A stretch of DNA of 32,000 nt from Cupriavidus necator (GTDB taxonomy: Bacteria > Pseudomonadota > Gammaproteobacteria > Burkholderiales > Burkholderiaceae), in contig NZ_CP066018.1 in assembly GCF_016127575.1 (NCBI RefSeq), positions 930,001 to 962,000 on the forward strand. Reading direction: 5' to 3'. Positions 8,208 through 18,111 of this stretch are shown here, piece after piece. The stretch's first letter is position 1. The number at the start of each line of letters is the position of its first letter. Below the pieces are notes generated by a model, which had not been told where the DNA came from, searched no databases, and worked only from the letters and a program-made list of their open reading frames with translations. Both the position numbers and the translations under genes were made by a program.

Positions 8208-8269
8208 AATGCCCCCGCGCGGGCGGGGGCATTGCCTGGTTCGCCATTCCAGCGCTCGCTGGAATGGCG
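8208..8269 (-). terminator. two consecutive GC-rich hairpins downstream of sucD
   Basis: The first stem is 8242-8252/8259-8269 (CGCCATTCCAG/CTGGAATGGCG). The second is 8208-8218/8223-8233 (AATGCCCCCGC/GCGGGGGCATT). Neither has a clear U-tract. Confidence 0.45.
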
Positions 8270-8278
8270 AGGTACGAC

Positions 8279-9160
8279 TTACAGCATTGCCTTCAGCAGG
8301 CGGCCCATCTCCGACGGGTTCTTGGTCACCTTGATACCGCAGGCTTCCATGATTTCCAGCTTGGCCTGGGCGGTATCGGCACCGCCCGAGATCAGCGCGC
8401 CGGCGTGGCCCATGCGCTTGCCCGGAGGCGCGGTCACGCCAGCGATGAAGCCAACCACCGGCTTCTTCATGTTTTCCTTGATCCAGTAAGCCGCGTTGGC
8501 TTCGTCCGGACCACCGATCTCACCGATCATGACCACGGCGTCCGTTTCCGGATCGTCGTTGAACATCTTCATCACGTCGATGTGCTTCAGGCCGTTGATG
8601 GGGTCGCCACCGATGCCGACAGCCGACGACTGGCCCAGGCCCAGCGCGGTCAGCTGGCCCACGGCTTCGTACGTCAGCGTGCCCGAGCGCGACACCACGC
8701 CGATGCGGCCCTTCTTGTGGATATGGCCCGGCATGATGCCGATCTTGATTTCGTCCGGCGTGATCAGGCCCGGGCAGTTCGGTCCCAGCAGCAGGGTCTT
8801 CTTCTTCTCGCGGCGCATGCGGTCCTTGACTTCCATCATGTCGCGCACGGGGATGCCTTCGGTAATGCAGACCACCAGGTCCAGGTCGGCGTCAACGGCT
8901 TCCCAGATCGCGGCAGCGGCGCCTGCAGGCGGCACGTAGATGACCGACACGGTGGCGCCGGTCTGAGCCTTGGCGTCCTTGACGCTGGCGTAGATGGGAA
9001 TGCCTTCGAAGTCTTCACCGGCCTTCTTCGGGTTCACGCCCGCGACGAAGCAGTTCTTGCCGTTGGCGTAGTCGCGGCAGCCACGGGTGTGGAACTGGCC
9101 GGTCTTGCCGGTGATGCCCTGGGTGATGACCTTGGTGTCTTTGTTGATCAGAATCGACAT
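8279..9160 (-). CDS. sucD: succinyl-CoA synthetase alpha subunit
   Basis: [25 protein letters not shown]...[10 protein letters not shown] (phosphohistidine loop). The sequence is a full-length canonical SucD. Confidence 0.95.
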   Translation of the reverse strand: MSILINKDTKVITQGITGKTGQFHTRGCRDYANGKNCFVAGVNPKKAGEDFEGIPIYASVKDAKAQTGATVSVIYVPPAGAAAAIWEAVDADLDLVVCITEGIPVRDMMEVKDRMRREKKKTLLLGPNCPGLITPDEIKIGIMPGHIHKKGRIGVVSRSGTLTYEAVGQLTALGLGQSSAVGIGGDPINGLKHIDVMKMFNDDPETDAVVMIGEIGGPDEANAAYWIKENMKKPVVGFIAGVTAPPGKRMGHAGALISGGADTAQAKLEIMEACGIKVTKNPSEMGRLLKAML

Positions 9161-9259
9161 GCTGTAATCCTTTGCTTGGCTACGAGCGGCGCGCGCGAGG
9201 GCGCATCAAAGCGCCTGCGCACCGCCCGCGTTCGCGTATGGTTGCGTTCGTGCGACGGC

Positions 9260-10426
9260 TTACTTGCCAGCGGCAGCGGCCACCACCTTCTGGGCGGCTT
9301 CTTCCATCGTGTCGGCCGAGATGATGGGCAGGCCCGAGTCGGCCAGCATCTTCTTGCCGAGGTCTTCGTTGGTGCCCTTCATGCGCACGACCAGCGGCAC
9401 CGTCAGGTGCACGGCCTTGGAAGCGGAGATCACGCCTTCGGCGATCACGTCGCAACGCATGATGCCGCCGAAGATGTTGACCAGGATGGCCTGCACGTTC
9501 TTGTTGCTCAGCATCAGCTTGAAGGCTTCGGTCACCTTCTCGGTGGTGGCACCGCCGCCCACGTCGAGGAAGTTGGCCGGCTCGCCGCCGAACAGCTTGA
9601 TGGTGTCCATGGTGGCCATGGCCAGGCCGGCGCCGTTCACCAGGCAGCCGATGTTGCCGTCCAGCGAGATGTAGGCCAGGTCGAACTTCGAGGCTTCGAT
9701 TTCGTTGGCGTCTTCTTCATCCAGGTCGCGGTAGGCAACGATTTCCGGGTGACGGAACAGCGCGTTCGAGTCGAAGTTGAACTTGGCGTCCAGCGCGATG
9801 ACCTTGCCGTCGCCGGTCAGGATCAGCGGGTTGATTTCAGCCAGCGAAGCGTCGGTTTCATAGAACGCCTTGTACAGGCCTTGCAGGGCCTGGCGGGCTT
9901 GCGCCACGCTCGTGTCGGGCACGCCGATCTTGCGGGCGATGTCGTCGGCTTCAGCGTCGGTCAGGCCAACCGACGGCTCGATGATCAGGGTGTGGATCTT
10001 TTCCGGGCTGTGGGCGGCGACTTCTTCGATGTCCATGCCGCCTTCGCTCGAGGCCATCAGCGCGACCTTCTGCGAAACACGGTCCACCACCAGCGAAACG
10101 TACAGTTCCTTCTTGATGTCGGCGCCTTCTTCGATCAGCAGACGGTTGACCTTCTTGCCTTCCGGGCCGGTCTGGTGCGTGACCAGCTGCATGCCCAGGA
10201 TGTTCGAAGCGTAGGTCTTGACGTCGTCGATGCTCTTGGCAACCTTCACGCCGCCGCCCTTGCCGCGGCCACCCGCATGAATCTGAGCCTTGACGACCCA
10301 CACCGGGCCGCCGAGCGTTTCTGCGGCCTTCAGGGCCTCGTCAACCGAGAACGCGGGGATGCCGCGCGGAACCGGCACATTGTATTTGCGCAGGATTTCC
10401 TTGCCTTGATACTCATGGATATTCAT
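9260..10426 (-). CDS. sucC: succinyl-CoA synthetase beta subunit
   Basis: [22 protein letters not shown]...[18 protein letters not shown]... The sequence is a canonical SucC (ATP-grasp). Confidence 0.95.
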   Translation of the reverse strand: MNIHEYQGKEILRKYNVPVPRGIPAFSVDEALKAAETLGGPVWVVKAQIHAGGRGKGGGVKVAKSIDDVKTYASNILGMQLVTHQTGPEGKKVNRLLIEEGADIKKELYVSLVVDRVSQKVALMASSEGGMDIEEVAAHSPEKIHTLIIEPSVGLTDAEADDIARKIGVPDTSVAQARQALQGLYKAFYETDASLAEINPLILTGDGKVIALDAKFNFDSNALFRHPEIVAYRDLDEEDANEIEASKFDLAYISLDGNIGCLVNGAGLAMATMDTIKLFGGEPANFLDVGGGATTEKVTEAFKLMLSNKNVQAILVNIFGGIMRCDVIAEGVISASKAVHLTVPLVVRMKGTNEDLGKKMLADSGLPIISADTMEEAAQKVVAAAAGK

Positions 10427-10515
10427 GCGTGTTTCCTTTCGGGTAGGCGTAAAAGGTAGAAGGGAAGAATCTGAAAGAAGACGAACTCTCTCGTCAGGCT
10501 GGCCAATCCTGAGAA

Positions 10516-11211
10516 TCAGCCGGAGGTGCCGGTCGGCCGCTCGGCCGGGACAGCGTCGTTGCCATCATTGCCGCGGTCGCCATTGGCCGCGGGCGGCGCC
10601 TGAGGCGCAGTTGCGACGGCAGGTGCTGCCTCGGCCCGTACCTTGGGCGTCGGCTGGTGACCATACCAGCGCGGGTAAAACTGACGAACCACCTCGCCAT
10701 CGAAACGCAGGGCGTGGCAGCCGTTCAACTGATAGGGCGGCTCCGGATTCGGGTCGTCCTCGCCGTTGTCGCGGATATTGATGACTTCACCGGCAAAGGC
10801 CTGGATCGCCGTGCTGGGCAGCACGCCAGCGGCCTCGGTCAGGTGTGAGCAACCGTGCATGCCGCCCAGGCGCTCGCGCACGGCCTTGCGAAAGCCCTTG
10901 CGCAGGTTCAGGCCGATCAGCTTGCGGTAAGCCGGGCCGATCGTGTCGCAATGAGATGGATACGGCACCCAGTCCGAGCAGGCCTCGGCATCCAGCACCG
11001 TCATTTCCTCATTGATCGTGACGCGCAACCACAGGTCGTGCAGGGGCTGGCCTACCGGGCGGACGCGGTCGCCGGCCAGTTCGATGTCGCGAGGCTTGGT
11101 GTCGGTCAGGCGCACCTCGATATCCCACAAGCCGTCCTCTCTCTGGTACGCCTCGGCCGTAATGGCGCGACGGTGACGCTGGGAGCGGTTGACGGGCTGG
11201 GACAGAGGCAT
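10516..11211 (-). CDS. DUF2889-like protein (family name from memory) with Cys/His cluster and low-complexity tail
   Basis: The 231-aa ORF has high GC3. Its conserved-looking Cys/His positions are [21 protein letters not shown] and LNGCHAL. The C-terminal ~50 aa are Ala/Pro/Gly/Asn-rich. Confidence 0.6.
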   Translation of the reverse strand: MPLSQPVNRSQRHRRAITAEAYQREDGLWDIEVRLTDTKPRDIELAGDRVRPVGQPLHDLWLRVTINEEMTVLDAEACSDWVPYPSHCDTIGPAYRKLIGLNLRKGFRKAVRERLGGMHGCSHLTEAAGVLPSTAIQAFAGEVINIRDNGEDDPNPEPPYQLNGCHALRFDGEVVRQFYPRWYGHQPTPKVRAEAAPAVATAPQAPPAANGDRGNDGNDAVPAERPTGTSG

Positions 11212-11354
11212 GGCCAGGCTGGAAATACGGGGGCTGGGGAACGGCGGTGCCGGAGCACCGAAAACCGGGGGAGTTTAACATGCCGCGCCGCTTTGGCCGG
11301 GAACATCCTTGTGCAGCAACTGTCGCAGCGGGATTGTCGGCCGACCATGGCGCA

Positions 11355-11831
11355 TCAGGCCTCGCCACCGTCGTCGCCGTAGTCTTCGTCCGCACCCTGG
11401 ATGATCTTGCCGACGACCGAACGCGAGAACCCGCGCGCCACCATGAAGCGGATCTGCCTGGCCCGCGCTTCGGGCGTGTCCGGCGGGGTGCCGAAGCGCT
11501 TGCGCCAGACCTCACGGGCGCGCTCCACTTCCGTGGCGCGCAGCCGCTCCTGCAGATCGCCCAGTTGCTCGCTGCCGAGCTTGTGGGTCTTGGCTTCCTG
11601 CATCACGCGCGCGGTGCCGTAGCGGGCGCCGCGGCGGTGCACCAGGCTGTCGGCAAAGCGCTGGTTCGACAGCCAGTTCTCGCGCTCCAGCGCGTCCAGC
11701 AACTGCTCCAGCTGCTCGGCCGACTCGGCATGCGGCGCCAGCTTGCGCGCCAGTTCGGCGCGGCTGTGCTCGCGGCGAGACAGGTAGCCGACGGCGCGGG
11801 CCTTCAGCGAAAGCGGGGGACGGGTTGCCAT
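11355..11831 (-). CDS. recX: RecA regulator RecX
   Basis: LKARAVGYLSRREHSRAELARKL... shows a three-repeat helical RecX pattern. The gene lies immediately downstream of recA. Confidence 0.9.
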   Translation of the reverse strand: MATRPPLSLKARAVGYLSRREHSRAELARKLAPHAESAEQLEQLLDALERENWLSNQRFADSLVHRRGARYGTARVMQEAKTHKLGSEQLGDLQERLRATEVERAREVWRKRFGTPPDTPEARARQIRFMVARGFSRSVVGKIIQGADEDYGDDGGEA

Positions 11832-11870
11832 GGTTGCCGGAATCTGTGGATGGAGGGGTCCGCGCCAAGC

Positions 11871-11904
11871 AAAAAGGCCGGGGCATCGGCGATGCCCCGG
11901 CCTT
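11871..11904 (-). terminator. intrinsic terminator/attenuator between recA and recX
   Basis: A 14-bp perfect stem AAGGCCGGGGCATC/GATGCCCCGGCCTT with loop GGC is followed on the minus strand by TTTTTGCTT. Confidence 0.7.
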
Positions 11905-11932
11905 CCGGATGGCGCAATGGCCGCTGGCGCGG

Positions 11933-12997
<1,065 letters not shown>

Positions 12998-13136
12998 GGT
13001 CGTCCTTGAATCAATGGTGTATAAATAGGCCGCATGTGGCGCGGCACCGGCATTTTCCGGCTCCAGCGCCGGCCCGGCTGTCTGCGCGGCCGCTCTCCAG
13101 GGGGTCTCCCCGGGCAGCCCCAGCGGAACGTGCGGG

Positions 13137-13156
13137 TACTGTATAAAAAAACAGTA
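13137..13156. promoter_or_regulatory. LexA (SOS) box
   Basis: TACTGTATAAAAAAACAGTA is a perfect CTGT-N8-ACAG palindrome. It overlaps the spacer and -10 of the putative recA promoter. Confidence 0.8.
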
Positions 13157-13166
13157 TGCTTGGCAA
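13138..13166 (-). promoter_or_regulatory. putative sigma70 promoter of recA
   Basis: The minus strand reads TTGCCA-N17-TACAGT. It is overlapped by the SOS box and leaves a ~130-nt leader. Confidence 0.4.
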
Positions 13167-13223
13167 GCCCCATCGCGCCCCATTCCGCCGGCGCCGGCTA
13201 TGCCGGCCAGGGTGGAGACAACC

Positions 13224-13913
13224 ATGCGCATTCTGATCGCCGAAGATGACGACGTGCTGGCGGACGGCCTGACGCGCTCGCTACGCCACTCGGGTTACGC
13301 CGTCGACCACGTCACCAACGGCCTGGAAGCCGATTCCGCGCTGTCGACCCAGACCTTCGACCTGCTGATCCTGGACCTGGGCCTGCCGCGCATGTCCGGG
13401 CTGGAAGTGCTCAAGCGCCTGCGCGCGCGCGGCGCCATGCTGCCGGTGCTGATCCTGACCGCCGCCGACAGCGTCGACGAGCGCGTCAAGGGCCTGGACC
13501 TGGGCGCCGACGACTATATGGCCAAGCCCTTTGCCCTGTCCGAGCTTGAAGCGCGCGTGCGCGCGCTGGTGCGGCGCGGCGCCGGCGGCGGCGCCACGCT
13601 GATGCGGCACGGGCCGCTGGCCTACGACCAGGTCGGACGCATCGCCTATCTCAACGAGCAGATGCTGGACCTGTCCGCGCGCGAGATCGGGTTGCTGGAG
13701 ATCCTGCTCACACGCAGCGGCCGCCTGGTATCGAAAGAGCAGCTGGTGGACCACCTGTGCGAGTGGGGCGAGGAAGTCAGCAACAACGCCATCGAAGTCT
13801 ACGTGCACCGGCTGCGCAAGAAGATCGAAGTCGGCGGCATCCGCATCGCCACCGTGCGCGGGCTTGGCTACTGCCTGGAGAAATTCCAGCCGGCGGTGGC
13901 CACGCATCACTGA
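13224..13913 (+). CDS. OmpR-family response regulator (TctD/QseB-like)
   Basis: The receiver reads [16 protein letters not shown]...[13 protein letters not shown]...DDYMAKPF, followed by a winged-helix output ([10 protein letters not shown]...TVRGLGY). GGAGAC precedes ATG 13224. Confidence 0.9.
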
Positions 13914-13963
13914 TCCGACCCCACCGCAGGCCACGCGACTGACCTGAGCGCAACCTCGCCGAG

Positions 13964-15520
13964 ATGAGCCTGCTGCGACTGCCCTGGCGGCGCGTGCCCC
14001 GCCCCGCGCCCCCCCCTCCTTCCGCCGCCCCGGCCCCGGACACTACCGACCAGGACCTGGCCGACGCGTTGCCGCACCTGGAGGAAAGCGCGGCAAATTC
14101 CGCGCCGCGCTCATTGTTCGGTGAGATCCTCGACTGGATGCTGGCGCCGCTGCTGCTGCTCTGGCCGATGAGCATCGCGGTGACCTACCTGGTGGCCAAG
14201 TCGATCGCCAACGGGCCCTTCGACCGCGCGCTGGAAGCCAGCGCCATCGTGCTGTCGCAGCAGGTGCGCGAGGTCAACGGGCGCATCACGCTGCAGCTGC
14301 CGCTGTCGGCGCGCGAGATCCTGCGCGCCGACGAGACCGACAACATCTACTACCAGGTGGTCGGCAAGCGCGGCGAATACATCGCCGGCGACCACGACCT
14401 GCCGCTGCCGTCCGAGGAGGACCAGGGCCACGCGGGGCTGGTGTCCCTGCGCGATGACCGCGTGGCCGGCAACGACGTGCGCGTGGCCTACACCTATATC
14501 GACCTGAAGCAGGTCAGCGGCACCCAGCCGGTGCTGGTGCAGGTGGCCGAGACGCTGGACAAGCGCGCGCGCCTGGCCAACGAGATCATCAAGGGCGTGA
14601 TCCTGCCGCAGTTCGTGATCCTGCCGCTGGCGGTGGTGCTGGTGTGGTTCGGGCTGTCGCGCGGGCTGGCGCCGCTGACCGCGATCCAGCAGCGCATCCG
14701 CGCGCGCAACCCCGGCGATACCAGCCCGATCGACGAACGCGCCGCGCCGCAGGAAATCACGCCGCTGGTGGGTTCGTTCAACGACCTGCTGGCGCGCCTG
14801 GACCAGTCGGTGCAGACCCAGAAGCGCTTTATCGCCGATGCCGCGCACCAGATGAAGACGCCGCTGGCGGGCCTGCGCATGCAGGCCGAGCTGGCGCAGC
14901 GCGAGCAGTCGCCGGAAGAGCTGCGGCGCTCGCTGGCGCAGATCGCCGGCAGCTCTGAGCGCACCGCGCACCTGGTCACGCAGCTGCTGTCGCTGGCGCG
15001 CATGGAAAACCTGGCGGGCACCGGCGGCATGGCCGCGCTGGACCTGGCGGCGCTCGCGCGCGAGGTGGTCAAGGACTGGCTGCCGCAGGCTTGGGCGCGC
15101 GACATCGACCTGGGCCTGGATGCCGACGAACATCCGGTGATGGTGCAAGGCAACCGCCTGATGCTGACCGAGATGCTGAACAACCTGCTCGACAACGCCA
15201 TCCGCTACACGCCGCGCGGCGGGCACGCCACGGTGCGCGTCAGCGCCGATGCCTTCGAGCCGTTCGCCTACCTGGATGTGGAAGACACCGGCCCGGGCAT
15301 TGCGCCGGCCGAGCGCGAGCGCGTGATGGAGCGCTTCTACCGCGTGCTCGGCACCAATACCGAAGGCAGCGGCCTGGGCCTGGCCATCGTGCGCGAGATC
15401 GTGCAGCAGCACGGCGGCGACGTCCAGATTTCCGACCACGTCTACCAACAATCGCCACGGCTGGCCGGCGCGCATTTCCGCGTGACGCTGCGCCGGCCCG
15501 ACTACCTGCCGCCCGCATGA
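13964..15520 (+). CDS. sensor histidine kinase with TctE-type N-terminal sensor domain
   Basis: It has an H-box (FIADAAHQMKTPLAGL), an N-box (LLDNAIRYTP) and G-boxes (DTGPGI, GSGLGLAIV). There are two TM segments flanking a periplasmic domain. The Pro-rich first ~50 aa leave the start slightly uncertain. Confidence 0.88.
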   Translation: MSLLRLPWRRVPRPAPPPPSAAPAPDTTDQDLADALPHLEESAANSAPRSLFGEILDWMLAPLLLLWPMSIAVTYLVAKSIANGPFDRALEASAIVLSQQVREVNGRITLQLPLSAREILRADETDNIYYQVVGKRGEYIAGDHDLPLPSEEDQGHAGLVSLRDDRVAGNDVRVAYTYIDLKQVSGTQPVLVQVAETLDKRARLANEIIKGVILPQFVILPLAVVLVWFGLSRGLAPLTAIQQRIRARNPGDTSPIDERAAPQEITPLVGSFNDLLARLDQSVQTQKRFIADAAHQMKTPLAGLRMQAELAQREQSPEELRRSLAQIAGSSERTAHLVTQLLSLARMENLAGTGGMAALDLAALAREVVKDWLPQAWARDIDLGLDADEHPVMVQGNRLMLTEMLNNLLDNAIRYTPRGGHATVRVSADAFEPFAYLDVEDTGPGIAPAERERVMERFYRVLGTNTEGSGLGLAIVREIVQQHGGDVQISDHVYQQSPRLAGAHFRVTLRRPDYLPPA

Positions 15521-15852
15521 ACGACAGCCCCGCCCCCGATAGTGCCGAAGCCCGCCAGCGCCAGGCCTGGCGGCGCAACCTGCGCTGGATCTGCGGCCTG
15601 CTCGCGATCTGGTTCACCGTCACCTTCGTGGTGGCATGGTTTGCGCGCGACCTGCGCTTCGACTTCTTTGGCTGGCCGTTCTCGTTCTGGGTCGGCGCGC
15701 AAGGCGCGCTGGTGGTCTACGTGCTGATGGCCGCGCTCTACGCCTGGCGCATGAACCGCGCCGACGGCGAAGCGGACGCCGATAGCCTGGCCGCGCCCGC
15801 CCCTGCGCCTTCGCAGGGCGCCTCGCGCGGAACAGGCACTGATGCTGCATAG
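15517..15852 (+). CDS. DUF4212-type small membrane protein (putative solute:sodium symporter small subunit family)
   Basis: Its ATG overlaps the kinase stop (ATGA at 15517-15520). The pattern AWRRNLRWICGLLAIWFTVTF...FGWPFSFWVGAQGALVVYVLMAALYAWRMNR fits the DUF4212 family as I remember it. GC3 is high. Confidence 0.7.
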   Translation: MNDSPAPDSAEARQRQAWRRNLRWICGLLAIWFTVTFVVAWFARDLRFDFFGWPFSFWVGAQGALVVYVLMAALYAWRMNRADGEADADSLAAPAPAPSQGASRGTGTDAA

Positions 15853-16095
15853 CCGCAGCCCTGCAAAGCGCGCCATTCCGCCACACAAGTGAATTGCGCC
15901 CCGCAGCGCAGCAGCCAAGCTCGCGCCCACGGCTAGCGTATACCCCGATATTCTTTGACGATTCCGTGCCCCGTTCTGTCAGAACGCAGTAAGTTTCGCC
16001 ACCCACAATCCTCTGCAACTCAGGCATAGCGGCCAGCCGCGCGGTCTTTCCCGCGCCACGCCCACCCGAGATCCATTCCAGACGGAGGAGACAAT

Positions 16096-17793
16096 ATGGC
16101 AAACGTGCAAAACGTTGCGGTGCCCGCAGGGGGCGCGCAGAACGCACCGATGACAGCCGAAGAGCGCAAGGTGATCTTTGCCTCATCGCTGGGCACGGTG
16201 TTCGAGTGGTACGACTTTTATCTCTACGGCTCGCTGGCGGCAATCATTGCCAAGCAGTTCTTCGCCGGACTGGATCCCACCTCGGCCTTCATCTTCGCGC
16301 TGCTCGCATTCGCCGCCGGCTTTATCGTGCGGCCGTTCGGCGCGCTGGTGTTCGGCCGCCTGGGCGACATGATCGGGCGCAAGTACACCTTCCTGGTGAC
16401 GATCCTGCTCATGGGCCTGTCGACCTTCATCGTCGGCCTGCTGCCGGGCTATGCCACCATCGGCTGGGCCGCGCCGATCATCCTGATCGCACTGCGCATG
16501 CTGCAAGGCCTGGCGCTCGGCGGCGAGTACGGCGGTGCCGCCACCTACGTGGCCGAGCACGCACCGCACGGCAAGCGCGGCGCCTATACCTCGTGGATCC
16601 AGACCACGGCCACGCTGGGCCTGTTCCTGTCGCTGATCGTGATCCTGCTGTGCCGCGAAATGACCGGGCCCAACTTCGAGACCTGGGGCTGGCGCATCCC
16701 GTTCCTGGTGTCGATCCTGCTGCTGGGCGTGTCGGTATATATCCGCCTGTCGATGAATGAATCGCCGGCGTTCCAGCGCATGAAGGCAGAGGGCAAGACC
16801 TCCAAGGCCCCGCTGACCGAGTCCTTCGGCCAGTGGCGCAACCTGAAGATCGTGATCCTGGCCCTGCTCGGCCTGACCGCCGGCCAGGCCGTGGTCTGGT
16901 ACACCGGCCAGTTCTATGCGCTGTTCTTCCTGACCCAGGTGCTCAAGGTCGATGCCAAGACGGCCAACCTGCTGATCGCCGGCGCACTGGTGCTCGGCAC
17001 GCCGTTCTTCATCTTCTTCGGCTCGCTGTCGGACAAGATCGGCCGCAAGTGGATCATCATGGCGGGCTGCGCGCTGGCCGTGCTGACCTACTTCCCGCTG
17101 TTCAAGGCCATGACCCACTACGCCAACCCGGCTCTGGAGCGCGCCCAGAAGAGCGCCCAGATCGTGGTCACCGCCGACCCGAAGCAGTGCTCGTTCCAGG
17201 GCAGCCCGATCGCCCGCGAGATCGACTTCCGCAGCTCCTGCGACATTGCCAAGCGCACGCTGGCCCAGGCATCGGCCAGCTATGAAGTGGTCGAGGCCCC
17301 GGCCGGCACCGTGGCCACGGTCAAGATCGGCGACAAGGAGATCAAGGCCTTCGACGCGCAGCTGGTGAACGGCCACAGCTTCGACGAGCCCAGCAAGAAG
17401 CAGATCGCGGCGTTCAAGAAGGAGGTTGGTGAATCGATGGCCTCCGCCGGCTACCCGACCAAGGCCGACCCGGCACAGATGAACACGATCATGGTGCTGG
17501 TGATCCTGGTCATCCTGGTGATCTACGTCACCATGGTGTACGGCCCGATCGCCGCCATGCTGGTGGAGCTGTTCCCGACCCGCATCCGCTACACCTCGAT
17601 GTCGCTGCCCTACCATATCGGCAACGGCTGGTTCGGCGGCCTGCTGCCCACCATCTCGTTTGCGCTGGTGGCCCAGAACGGCAACATCTACTACGGTCTC
17701 TGGTACCCGATCATCATCGCAGCCATCACCTTCGTGATCGGCGCGCTGTTCATCCGCGAGACCAAGGACGTGAACATCTACGCCAACGATTGA
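16096..17793 (+). CDS. MFS transporter, metabolite:H+ symporter (MHS) family, with large TM9-TM10 insert
   Basis: FEWYDFYLYGSLAAIIAKQFF, RPFGALVFGRLGDMIGRK and LRMLQGLALGGEYGGAATYVAEHAP are MHS hallmarks (KgtP/ProP/CitA-like). GGAGGAG precedes ATG 16096. Confidence 0.9.
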   Translation: MANVQNVAVPAGGAQNAPMTAEERKVIFASSLGTVFEWYDFYLYGSLAAIIAKQFFAGLDPTSAFIFALLAFAAGFIVRPFGALVFGRLGDMIGRKYTFLVTILLMGLSTFIVGLLPGYATIGWAAPIILIALRMLQGLALGGEYGGAATYVAEHAPHGKRGAYTSWIQTTATLGLFLSLIVILLCREMTGPNFETWGWRIPFLVSILLLGVSVYIRLSMNESPAFQRMKAEGKTSKAPLTESFGQWRNLKIVILALLGLTAGQAVVWYTGQFYALFFLTQVLKVDAKTANLLIAGALVLGTPFFIFFGSLSDKIGRKWIIMAGCALAVLTYFPLFKAMTHYANPALERAQKSAQIVVTADPKQCSFQGSPIAREIDFRSSCDIAKRTLAQASASYEVVEAPAGTVATVKIGDKEIKAFDAQLVNGHSFDEPSKKQIAAFKKEVGESMASAGYPTKADPAQMNTIMVLVILVILVIYVTMVYGPIAAMLVELFPTRIRYTSMSLPYHIGNGWFGGLLPTISFALVAQNGNIYYGLWYPIIIAAITFVIGALFIRETKDVNIYAND

Positions 17794-17816
17794 GCAGTCG
17801 TCCGGCACTAACGGAA

Positions 17817-17847
17817 ACGGCAGGCCATCCGGCCTGCCGTTTTTTTA
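17817..17847 (+). terminator. intrinsic terminator of the MFS gene
   Basis: The stem-loop is ACGGCAGGCC-ATCC-GGCCTGCCGT, followed by TTTTTTT. Confidence 0.8.
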
Positions 17848-17885
17848 TGCATGGGCCCTTCGTGCAAAATCTTCACACGAAGGTG

Positions 17886-17913
17886 TTGACAGCATCGAAA
17901 GCCCAGGTATAAT
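17886..17913 (+). promoter_or_regulatory. consensus sigma70 promoter of the tRNA gene
   Basis: TTGACA (17886-17891) is separated by 16 nt from TATAAT (17908-17913), which sits 13 nt upstream of the tRNA 5' end. An 8-bp inverted repeat CCTTCGTG/CACGAAGG (17857-17864/17876-17883) abuts the -35. Confidence 0.7.
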
Positions 17914-17926
17914 CTCAGTCTTCGTT

Positions 17927-18003
<77 letters not shown>

Positions 18004-18010
18004 TCTATTT

Positions 18011-18046
18011 AAAAAGCCGCGATCCCGCATGGGTTCGCGGCTTTTT
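18011..18046. terminator. bidirectional intrinsic terminator (tRNA on +, mepK on -)
   Basis: The sequence is AAAAA-GCCGCGA-(12-nt loop)-TCGCGGC-TTTTT. Confidence 0.7.
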
Positions 18047-18111
18047 GCTTTGGGTCGTTACCAGGGCGCGCAAACGAGAGCCGCCCATCATGGGGCGGCC
18101 ACAGACGACGC

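Noticed and set aside
9161-9259. An unusually long (99-nt) sucC-sucD spacer for a normally tightly coupled operon. It could hold an internal regulatory element.
   Set aside because: It contains only short GC stems and a normal AAGGA SD for sucD, with no repeat, ORF or terminator-like U-tract. It is probably a lineage-typical spacer.
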